Source: Rubripirellula sp. (GTDB lineage Bacteria; Planctomycetota; Planctomycetia; Pirellulales; Pirellulaceae). From it: DNA of 64,000 nucleotides. The translations under genes and the position numbers were made by a program. The stretch lies in NCBI GenBank assembly GCA_965216875.1, contig OZ244207.1:896001-960000 (forward strand), in the 5' to 3' direction. This document shows, piece by piece, positions 25,401 to 37,400 of the stretch. The notes below the pieces were generated by a model. It made no database searches, was not told the origin of the DNA, and saw nothing but the letters and a program-made list of their open reading frames with translations. Numbering within the stretch: the first letter of the stretch is position 1; every line of letters begins with the position of its first letter.

Positions 25401-28400
25401 CTTCAAAGGTGCCAGCGGGCAGGTTTTCGAAGACGTATCGCCCCAGCGTTCCGGCAAGGTCTTCGCTGTCAACGACAAGCGTGAATTCTTCAGCGTCGCC
25501 ATCAACGATTCCGTCGGCGCCTGTGTAAACCAGCGTGACTTCGATATCGGCAAGGCCAACGGTGCCGACGTTTTGAAGGCCGTCGCCGTCGTGGTCAAAC
25601 CAAACCAAGTCGCTGATCGTCGAAGAGCCGACGTAGCCGAGGTTTTGGTTGGCCGGATTCGCACCCGTGACATTGAAATCGACGATACCATCGGGAACGA
25701 TTCCGCCCGAGGTGGGTGTGAGTCCGACGGGCAGCCCCGCGATGCTCGTGACGCGGTAGTCACCATCGGCAAGGTTGTTGAATCCGTAGTTGCCCGATGC
25801 GTCCGTGATGGTGGTCACGACGTAGTTGTCGGCCGTGGTCGCAAAGTTTCCATCGGTTCCGGCGAAGGTCAGCTCGACGATGACGCCCCCGAGTCCTGGT
25901 TCGTTCGTTTCACCGTTGGTGTCGTTTGAATTGCGGTCAAGCCAAACCTGTCCTTGCATGGAACGCGTTCCCGCGAAACCGAAGTCGACGTCCGTTCGTG
26001 AGGCCGACCCGGCAAGCGTCAAGTTGGCAACGCCGTTCGCTGTGCCATCAACATCAAACGTAGCCACCGTACTCGACGGGAGGTCGGCGGTGTCGACGGT
26101 GACGCGGTAGTCGCCATCGGCCAGGTGGTCGAAGGAATACAAACCGCTGGCGTCGGTGTCGGTGGTGAAGACCAAGTCGTCGGCATTGCCAAAGACGCCG
26201 TCGTCACCGGCAAACTCGAGTGTGAGCGTGACGCCGGCCAAACCAGGTTCACCTCCGTCTTGGATTCCATCGTTGTCGACGTCAAGCCAAACGCGATCCG
26301 AAATCACTCCGTCGCCCGTGTAGCCAAAGTCGATGTCGTTGCGGTTTGCACCAGCGATCGAGAACTCGGCGGTGTCGGCGATCGCGTTGACCACGTCGTT
26401 GACTTCGAACGTCGATCGCATCGCATCGGGTAACGAGGCGGTGTCGACTGCAAGCCGGTACTCGCCGGCGGCAGCATTCGAAAAGCTGTACGCGCCGGCC
26501 GCACCCGTCGTGGTGGTGAAGGTCATGTCGTCGGCAGTCCCGAACGTGCCGTCCTGGCCGGCGAACGTGAGTGTCAAGTCGACGCCGACCAATCCTGGTT
26601 CGCCCAAGTCGTCGACGCCATTGTCGTTTCGATCGAACCAGGCTCGGTCGCCAATTGCACGCGTTCCCGCAAACGCAAAGTCGAGGCTGTTGTTGGCGGC
26701 ACCGGCGGCCAAGGTGATTTGTTCGGAGGCTCCGATTGCGCCGCCAACCCCGTCGGCAAGAATCGCGATGTCGGCGGGCAGGTCCGCGTCGCCGGTATCG
26801 ACGCTGACAACAAAGTTGCCGCCTGGTAGGAAGTCGAAAAGGTAACTCCCGAGCACGCCGCTCGTTGTCGACAGTGAAAACTCGCTTCCGTCGCCGTTGG
26901 CAATTCCATCGAGACCTAGGTAAGTGAGCGAGACGGTGATGTCCGTCAGTCCGCGGTCTTGGCCGGTTTGCAATCCATCGGCTTCGCCGTCGAGGTAAAC
27001 GAGGTCGCCGATTGAACTTGAACCGCGGAAGCCAAAGTTGACTGCCGAGTTTCCGCCGCCTGACAGTGAAAGCAGAGCGTTGTTGTCGGTCGAGCCGTCC
27101 AGTTCATGCGTTTGCGTTAGCCCCGTCGGTAGGTCGGACGCATCGATCGAAACGGCATAGTTTCCGTTTGCGAGCGAGCCGATGCTGTAGTTTCCGGCGG
27201 CATCGGTGGTTGTCGTGATCGTGACGTTGTCGCCGGTGGTGGCGAGGTTGTTGTCAAAGCCTGCCCACACGACGGTGACGTCGACGTCGCCCAAGCCCAC
27301 TTCGTTTCCATCGACGATCCCATCGGCATCAAGGTCAAGCCAAACGCGGCTTCCGATGGTTTGGTTGCCCGTCAAGCCGAAATCGATGTCGGTGCGAACC
27401 GCTGGGTCGATCGCGTTGATCCGCACGTGCGCGACGTTGTTCGCGAGAACGTTGAAGTCATCGGTCTCTTCGGTGATCACCGTCATGCCAGCGGGCAGGT
27501 CGGCGGTATCGAGCGTAATGTCATAGTCGCCATCAAACAGACCGTCGATTGACCAGATTCCGTTAACACCTGTCGTGACGTTGAAGGTCAGGTTGTCGGT
27601 CGTGGTTGCACGGTTACCGTCGGCGCCGTAGTAGACGATCGTCAAATCAACGTTCGCGATGCCGGGTTCGCCAGCATCCTGGACTCCGTCGCCATCGACG
27701 TCGTACCAGACGCGGTCGCCAATCGTGCGTGTTCCGACGTAGCCGAGGTCTTGGTCGTTGACATTTGCGCCGGCGATGGTGAAATCGACAATGCCATCGG
27801 GAATCGCGCCGCCACTGGTGGGCGAGGATCCGGCGGGTAGGTTGGCGATGGCGGTAACGCGGTAGTCACCATCGGCCAACGAGTTGAAGGTGTAGTTACC
27901 CAGGTTGTCGGTGATCGTGGTGAGCGTCAGGTCGTCGGCGCTGCCGAAGATGCCATCGGCACCGGCGTAGGTCAGTTCCACCGTGACGCCGCCAATTCCA
28001 GGTTCGTTGGGTTCGGCATTGACGTCGTTCGAGTTGCGGTCGATCCAGACTTGGCCGCTTGCCGATCGGATGCCTGTGTAGCCAAAGTCGATGTTGGTGC
28101 GGTCTTGGTCGGCAACCAAGGAAATCTCCGAGACTTCGGCAATCACGCCACCGATGTCGTCGCGATGGAACGTTTGAGTCAACGCACCCGGCAAACCCGA
28201 AACGGCAACGCGATAGTCGCCGGCGAACAGGTTCGTCAGCGCGTATTGGCCGTTGACGTCAGTCGTGTCGGTGACTTGCAAGTCGTCGAGGTTTCCGAAG
28301 ATGCCATCGGCACCGGCGAAGGTCACGGTCACCGTTGCTCCTTCGATGCCCGGTTCGCCTGCGTCTTGCACACCGTCATTGTCGTGGTCGTACCAAACGA

Positions 28401-31400
28401 AATCGCTAATCGTTCCGCCATCGGTTCCGCTGCCGCGATAACCAAAGTCGATGTCATCGCGGTTGGTGGCGCCGATGGTGAATGAACCGACGCCGTCGTC
28501 CGTTCCGTCGACGTCGTGGGTTGGGGTCGCGTCAACCGGCAGACCCGCGATCGCAGTGACGCTATAGCTGCCTTCGGCGAGTCGGGCGAAACTGTAGGAA
28601 CCGTCGGCGGCGGTCGTTGTGGTGGTCGTGTAAGCGCCATTGGGGCCAATCCGCGTCAGTTGCACGGTGACTCCGCCCAGGCCAGGTTCGCCGGCGTCTT
28701 GGATTCCGTCGCCATCGATGTCGAACCAAAGCGTGTCGCCAATGGAACGCTGGCCAACAAAGGCAAAGTCGATGTCGTCGGCAATGCGGTCGGCAGCATT
28801 GAGTGTCACGTTGACTGTGCCAAAGTTGCTGTCGCCAATGGTCACTTCGGCGATGCCATCGGGCAGGTCGGTGTCGGCGGTATCAACCGCGATGCGATAG
28901 TTGCCGTCGGGCAGGTTGGCAAAGGTGTACGTGCCGTCGGAGCCCGTTACGTCACTCCACGCCATGTCGTCGCTGGTTCCAAAGATGCCATCGTCGCCTG
29001 CGAACGAAATGTTGACGGTGATGTTGGCAAGTCCCGGTTCGGTGCCGGATTGAAAGACACCGTCACCATTCACGTCGAGCCAAAGTTGATTCCCGATCAA
29101 CCCGGCTCCGAGATATCCAAAGTCTTCGTTGGTGATGTCGGCGCCGCCGATGGTAAGAAGCGATTGGCTCGGCACGCCACCGTCGGGGTCGACGTTGTTG
29201 GTGACGCCTTCGGGCAAGTCGATGGTGTCGATGTCGACGTGGTAGTTGCCGTTGAAAAGCTCGGTAAACGAGTAATCGCCATTGCTGTCGGTCGTTGTCA
29301 TGAAGACTTGGTTGTCGCCGGCGGTGGCCAGGTTCCCGTCGGCACCCGCATAGGTCAACGTGACGGTGACGGCATCGAATCCATGTTCGGCAACGTCGTT
29401 GTCGCCAGCAGCATCACGGTCGAACCAAACGCGGCCGCTAAGATCCCAGAGTGCTTCGCCAAAATTGTTGCCGGTGTTGTCGACGCCGGTGACAAGTGTG
29501 ATGTTGCGAGCATTCGTGTCGGCCGCAGGACTGCTCGTGTATTGAGTCGGTTGGACTTGGCGAACCACATAGTCGCCCGCTGCAAGATTGCCAAAGGTGT
29601 ACAACCCGCTTGCCGCTGTCGTGGTGGTGGTGATCAGCGTCGTGCCGTCCGATTCGTACAGCTCAACCGTGATTCCGGCGATGCCCGGTTCGCCACCATC
29701 AAGCACTCCGTCGCGATCATCATCGCGGTAGACGGTCCCCGAAATCGAGGATCCGGATTCGGCAAAGTTGTAACCTGTGCCGTCGTCGTCACTCGTGACC
29801 ACGATCGCCGAGATCACGTCGTTGACGGCGGTGCTTCCACCGAGTGTTCCGGCCGTGTCGATGCCGTCGGTGTAAGCCGTCGGGTGCGTTTGGGTGATGA
29901 TGTACGTGCCCGGACGAAGGTTCACAAACGAATACGAACCGTCCGCGGCCGTGTTGACGATGATGGGTGTGATTGCGGCGCTGGAACCGTCGGCCAATTG
30001 CTGCGTGCCAGACAATGTCAGCGTGACGCCGGCGATGCCAACCTCAAGACCGTTCATCACTCCGTTGGCATCGAAGTCGTTAAAGACAGTTCCGGCGAGC
30101 GTTGCGGCAACGAGTTCACCGAACAGGTTGTCGGTGCTGTCTTCGTTGTCACTGAGGACGATGCCGGCGATCAGGTCGTTGGTGAGTGTGTTTGCGGCAG
30201 GGTCGCCGGCGGTGTCGCGTCCGTCGATGTGACCGACAGGTGCCACGATCTGCTGGACGCTGTACGTGCCGGGAAGCAGGCTGGTGAACTCATAGAAACC
30301 GGCTGCGTCGGTCGTGTCGATCACCGCCGTGATCGTGTCTCCTTCGAAAGTCGTTCCGGTCAGACGCACTTGTGAATTGGCGAGTCCTAGTTCCGCAACA
30401 TCTTTTACGCCATCGTTGTCGGCGTCGTGATAGACAAAGCCTGAGATGGATCCAGGCAGGTTGAAACCGAACCATTTGTCATCTTCGACTTCGCCATGCG
30501 AAAGGGTGAAGGCCCCAATTGCAAAATCGGTCGCGCTATCGACGCTGTTGTGGTCGTCTCGTTCGATGCCATCGAGGTAACCGGTCAAGTCGACATCGCC
30601 CGAGTCGACCGTGATCGTGTACGAGCCTGGTCGCAGGTCATCGAAAACGAACCGTCCGTTGGCATCGGTGGTGACGTTTTGCACCGCGCCAACGCTGCGA
30701 TCATCGGTGTAGGTGATGGTCACGGTGACATCTTGCAGGCCACCGGTGCCGTTGTAGTCGCCATCAAGGTCCGCATCGTGATGCACGTAACCCACGATTT
30801 GACCCTTGGCGATTTCACCAAAGTGATTGCCGGTCGAATCGGTTTCGGCGCCGGTCGCAAAGGTAAAGTTGATCGCATCGTGGACAGGTGCCGCCCCGGC
30901 GATCGTTGCAGCGGCGCCCGCGGTTTCTTCGCCATCCAAATGCGATGTCGGTTGTGTCTGGGTGACGGTGTAGGTGCCCGCGGCAAGTCCCGTGAACTCG
31001 TAGTAGCCGATCGGATCGGGGCCGGTTCCGTCCGCTGACACGATCACGACTGGCGTGATCGCGTTGCCGAGGTGGTCGGTTCCGGTCAACGTGAGCGTCA
31101 CGCCAGCGAGGCCAGTGTCGCCAGCATCGAAGGCGTCGCTCATGTCCGCGTCGAAGTAGACGTAACCGGCAATTGTGTTCTCACGCACCGAGAATGTGGC
31201 GGTGTCGTCCAGGTCCGTGTCGTCGACCGCATTGGTGTCGCCGTAGGTGCGTCCGCCGGGTTCGCCTGGGTGACCATCGGGCAAGGTGTTCGAAGTGGTG
31301 ATGGTGGCAAGGTTCGTGACATCGCCGCCGGGCGTCGCGCCATCGGCGACATTGACGGTGAAGGTGAACGTTGCGATTTCGCCCGCATCAAGTTGCCCCA

Positions 31401-34400
31401 TCTCGTAGGTCAACGTTCCGGTGGCAGCCACGTAGGTTGCCGCAAAATCGGCGGGGTAGTCGACGCCAGCAGTGCCAATGTTGACGCTCGTTCGATCAAA
31501 ACCGGCTGCCGACAAGATGTCTTCGATTTCAACTTGGTAGGCCGAAGCGTTGCCATTGTTGGTTGCGGTAAGGGTGACCGTGACCGTTTCGCCTGTGTCG
31601 ACGAGCGTTCGGTCAAACGATTTGGTCAGGCTCAAGTCGGGGGTGACGACTTCGGCTTCGACCGTTTGAAGGGTCGAGGTGTAGGTTGTTCCGTTGTTCG
31701 GATTTCGGACGGTGTACCAGCCATTGTTTTCGACGTGCTGTGGTGTCGCTGCCGAATCGTTTTGGTTTCCGGCGACATCGGCAACTCGGGCAATGACATC
31801 GATGACAATTTGGTCGTTGGGGTTGATCAATCCATCGGATGCATTGCTCAAGTCACCCAGGTCGGCGATGAAGGTGTCGTTGATCCCGTCGCCGTAGAGT
31901 GCGTCCGAGATCGTCAGTCGCACGTTGTTGGTGTCGGTGGCACCAGTGAAGTTGAGCGGCGAGCCACCGTTGTCGGCAAAGGTCAAGTTGGCGCCGATCG
32001 AAACGACCGAAGCGGACAGGATTTCCAGTCGCTGCGTTGAATTGTCGAGGGCTTGATCGGTGATGACCAAGTCGTCCGAGACGCCTTCGGCAGCGGTGTA
32101 AACGAGTCGGTAGGTGATGTATTCGCCAATCGCAACATCTTCAAGTAGCGGGTCATCACCTGCGGCGGCGCCGCCAGGTCGCGTAAGCCCTGTTTCGGGG
32201 ACATCGGTTGCGAAGATCTGTTTGATGAAACTCGAATAGTTGATGCTGATCGAGTCGGTCGAATGGTGCGCATAGTCATCGAGGGCACCTGCTGGTCCGT
32301 CGTCACCTGTGCGCTCGCGGCTGTCGGCGTGATAGACCGACCGAATGGTTGGCGGTTCGTCACTCGTGACGTTGTCATCGATGCTGGTCCAACGCACTCG
32401 CGCATCGTCGCTTAGGATTTCGCCAGTGCGGACGTCCTCGCTAAGAGTGCCCGAGATGGTGATGGTGAGTGTTCGGCCCGCAAGCAGGTCGATGTCTGCT
32501 GTCGGCACCTCCTCGAGTTCCCAGCCGTTGATGTCGCTGCTGGAAGCGGTCCATTGGAAATCGGCGACCGACGCGCCCGAGTTTCCGGTGATGGTGAAGT
32601 TTGGCGCGAGAACCGCTGATCCGGCGACAAGTGATGGCAGGACATCGGAAAAAGCTAGGTCGGACGCGTCGACGCCTGAGGCGTTGGTCAACGTCACAAC
32701 GTAGGTCACCGTGTCGCCAGCGTCGCCCGTGGTGATGCCCGAGACGCCAATGTAGGCATCCCGCGCGACCGAGATGGTTGGCTCGACGATCGTCACGACT
32801 TGGTCGGTCGTGTGATCGGTGGTGTTGAACGAATTCAGCGAGACGCCGCCGCTCCAGTTGTTGTTGTCGATCCCGTCGTCGTCCCAGGTCAGCGTGGCGC
32901 GGTCGGTCGGCGACTCGCCCAATTGCGTGCCCGCTTGGTTTGCCACGACGTCAAGAACGACGGCGCGATACACCACGGTTAACTGGTCATCGGTCGGGTT
33001 GGTCGGATCGTTGGTGATGTCGCCAAAGTTCCACGATAGGTTGTTCGCGCCGAGCGTTTGGGACACCGGAGCGTGCGACGTGCTGACCACATCATGCAGC
33101 GCCATTCCGGCATCGATCACATCCGTTAGGGCGACGTTGTGCGTGATCCCTTGAGTCAAGTCGACGGTGAGCGTGTAGGTGACAAGTTCGCCGATGACCG
33201 CGCGGGTGTGATCATTTGCCGCCGAGTTGATTTCAGTCGTGGTGAGCGATTTGTCGAGTGTTGGATTGGGTGTTGAAAGGAATTCGCTGCGACTGGCTCG
33301 ATAGTCATCAGGAACCCACAACGGATCGAACTCACGTTCCTGGGCACGTTCGGTGACGTCATTGTTGAATGTCGATCGATCAACGTCGTCGAGACCGTTC
33401 ATGCTGGTCCAGTCGACTTCGTGCCAGCTTCGGAATTGGTCACTCGCGGCGACGTCGTCGATCACCGTACCGGTCACGGTGATGGTGATCGTTCGCCCAG
33501 CGATTGGGTCAAGGTCGATGTCGACCGTGTTGCCGGCGCCGATGCGTTGGCCAGTCGGTCCGGCGGCGACGAGATCAAAGAAGGCACCTGGTGTCGATTC
33601 GTTTCCGGCGTCGTCGTAAACATCGATCGAATCGTCGACAACGAACGAGATGTTCCGCAGCAGCGACGACTCGGCGGCAACGTCGTCGATGTAGAACGGT
33701 AGCGTTAACAGAATGTCGGTGTCGTAGGCAGCAACCGTTCCTGTGTTTTCGATCGTCATGGTGTAGGTAACGATCTCGCCCGCTTCGGCGATCTGGTCGC
33801 CGCCCACACTTGTCGTCATCGAGCTGGTGACGGTGATCTCGGGTTCGACGAGCGTGACCACTTGGTCGGTTGTGTCATCCGATTTTTGAGCACCGGCGCT
33901 GCCGTCGGGGAGTTCAAAGTCGAGCAGGGCGGCGCTTGCGGTTGACTCGCCAATCTGCGTTCCCGCGTTGTTGGCGGCGTTGTCGAGCACGACGGCTTGG
34001 TACACAAAGGTGATCGTGTCGTCGGTGCCGATCGCAGGATCGTTGGTCAAGTCACCCAGATTCCAGGTCAACACCTTGCCATCGGCAGTGACGGCATCGG
34101 GTGCCGAACCGCTGACCATACCAACGTAGGCAAGTCCCGGGTCGAGATTGTCCGTCAAGACGACGTCGTTGGTGATCCCTTGTGGAAGCGTAATCACGAC
34201 GGTGTAAGTGACCAGTTCACCGATGGTCGCTTGCGTGTGGTCGTTGCCGGCAAGGTTGATTTCGGTGGTTGTCAGTGTCTTGGTCACTGACGGTTCGGCC
34301 ATCGTGATGCTGGAGCTTGACGATGCCAAGTAGTCGTCGTGCAGCCGCGTCATTGTCGGGTCGTACGAGCGTTCATCCGACTCGGTGTTGTAGGTCGAAC

Positions 34401-37400
34401 GGTCGGCGACGTTTCCATCAAGACTTGTGAACGTCGCTCCGGCATCGGTGGTGTAAGTTTCTCCGGCCGCGATGTCAATCGACGCCGTGCCGGTCACGGT
34501 GAAGGTGATCGTGCGTGCGGGATCGGCGCCGCTGAGGTCAAAACCATCGGGGTTGATGATTTGCAGACGCCATCCCTGTGCGTCGCTGCCCGGGTTGGCT
34601 GTGTTGTCGGGGTCGACCCACTCGAAATCACTCGCATCGTAAACGCCAGCGGTGTCGACAACGGTAAGTGTTGGTGCAAGGCCGGGTGTGGTGGTGTGCT
34701 GGATGGCCGTCGATCCGTCATCCAATCGAATCAAATCGAGGTAGCTGTAGACATCGAAAGCATCAACGCCACTCGCATTGCTGAGTGTGAATTCGACGGT
34801 CAGAGCTTCCCCCGCTTCGATCAGCGTATCGCCGGGACCACCATCACCATACACGTCGAGTGTCGTGGTCAATTCCGGTTCGATCACTTCGATGTTGATC
34901 GCACTCCGAGTCACATCGGTGCCGCCGTCATATGACAGGACGGCCGAGTTGTTCAGCAGCGTGTTGGTTTCCGACGGACCGCCTTGGTTGACCGCATCGT
35001 TGACCACCACAGCCTGATAACGAATCGTAAAACTGTCTGAATCGTTGGATGTCAACGGAGTTGGGTCAAAGATGTCGCCAATATCGAAGGTGACCGTTTG
35101 ACCGCCGGGGCTAACCGTTGTGGTGATGTTGGCTTGATTGATGGCTGCACCACCGACGAGAGCCAAGTCGTCCGTTGTCGTGATGCTGGTGATTCCAACA
35201 AAGGCGAGGCCCGGATCGAGTGTGTCAACGACGAGGACGTTGTTCGCGCGACTTTCGGGGACGTCAACGTACAATTCGTACGTCACCAATTCGCCGATCA
35301 CGACCTGGTCGTCAATGCCGTCGACGTCGATGTCGTTTGCAAACTCGGTGCCGATTAAGGTCTTGGTCAAGTCGAGCGCGCGGCCGGACAGGTTGTCGCT
35401 GTCGAGGTTGCGGTAGTCGTTCTGCGAAAGCGGTACGGGATCGCCGGTTCGTTCGCCATTGATGTCACCCGGTGATCCGGGCGGGTCACTGTCGGTTGGA
35501 TCGCTGCCGCTGGTGTCGCCTTGGTCACCTGCAAGGCTGGTCCACGTCAGGTCGCTCGCGAAAGGATGGCTGCCAGCAGGTGGTAAGTCGTCATCCGCAA
35601 CCACTTGGTAAGTGATCGTGATCGTGTCCCCTTCGGGCAGGTCATCAAACGCCAGATTGACTGACGAACTGGTGCTCGAATCGCTGAATGAAGTCGAATG
35701 CGAGCCACCCAAGGTGATCGAGCCGGTACGCGTGAATCCCGTCGGAATCGACTCGTCGAAAACAAGATCGTATGCATCACTGAAGTTGGTACCCGACGCA
35801 GCTTGAAGCGTCACGGTGACCGAAAAGATGTCGCCGCCGTCGACTTGAGAGAGTGAAAAGACTCGCGAAGCAACGCTGAGCTGTGGTTCAACGACTCGGA
35901 CTTGGTCATTCGCATTGATCGACGTCGTTAGTATTGACGCATCGTTGATAAAAAGCCGTGACCGATGCGATCGGATGTCACCGGCATCGTTAGAGCTGTG
36001 GTTGTCAACAAGGGCGTTGAATTCGATCACCACGTATTCGACATTGGCGTCGTTGTCGGCGTTGATGACATTGCCGAGTTTGAAGTAAACGTCGGTGCCA
36101 CTGTTGTAGGTGTCGGATGTTCCGTTGAGTGAGTTGGCGATGTCTTCATCACCAAATTCACCGTCGGGATCGATGGTTGCCAGCGTCGTTTCATTCCCGA
36201 TGACAAAGGCCGACCCGTCAGAGATATCGGTTGACGTGATGGCGTCGTTGTCGCTGACAAAGGCGATCGTTGCGGTGTCGTCGTCGATGAAGGTCAGGCC
36301 CGTCGGCAACAGCTCGCGAAGGGTGAGGTCGTTGTAGGTTCCTTCGGCCAATTCGACTTCCACTCGGTAACGGACGATTTCGCCGATCGTTGCGTCAACG
36401 ATGCTGCCTGTCACCCCGGTGTGCGATTCGCTTGTGTCGACGATGAACGTGTCGATTGCCGATTCGAACGGAAGGATCGATGCCGATTCGGTCGGTGGCG
36501 TTCCGGTCAAGAAACTCGTGCCACCGTCGCGCGCGGTGTAATCGGTGAGCGTCACATCGTTGGTGTAAGTCGTGTTGGGCTCGGCCGAATCAGCAAGCTG
36601 GACGTCGTAGGTGACGATCAGCGTGTCGTTGGCGGCTCCGGCCGAACCAATCGCGCCGGCATGGTTCGGGTTGAACGCAACAAAGGCTTCAAAGTCGCCG
36701 CCAGCACCGATTCCGCGGCGCTCAGAAACATCGCCAGTCGCTTTGTCGATTTGAAACAGTGAGCTGTCGAACGAGCTGGAATCATTCGAGCCGGTTGTGC
36801 CCCAGAGCCGTCCCCATTGATCGATGCTCAATCCTTGCAGGTCATCGAGCGAAACGCCGCCGTCAGCATAGTCAAACGCGCCAATCACGGAACGTGTTGC
36901 CGTTCCAGCCGACTCGTTGACCATGATCTCGATCAGATTGTCGGATGTGGTCGCAAACACACGACCCGAGAAGTCGATCGCGATATCGTCGATGCGCGAT
37001 CCCGAGACGGTGATGTAGTCGGCTGTTCCACCTGCAAAGGCGTTTTCGATGATTCGGCCGGTCGTCGTGTCGATTTTGAACAGACGGTCGGTCGGTCCGT
37101 CGAGCCCCCACAGTTCGTTGGTGATGGGATTGAACGCAAGGGAGTCCACGTTGTTGAGCGTGTAGCCCACCGCAGCGTCGAATTGGCTGCCGAGTGCTGT
37201 GAATGCGCCGGTTGCCGTGTTGATCGTGCCCAAACGTCCCGGTTCAGCAGCGAAGACGGTACCAGTCACCCAATCACGCGCCATCGCTTCGAGCGACGAG
37301 GTTCCGTAGCTGCCGACGACGGACGCATTGCTGCCCGTGTCGAAGTTGTCGACGCTCTCCATACGGATCAATTGGTGGAATCCGGTGTTGGCACCGAGCA

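Noticed and set aside
28516..30375. 619-aa plus-strand ORF and many similar ORFs across 22.5-41.8 kb
   Set aside because: Antisense shadows of the repetitive adhesin gene.
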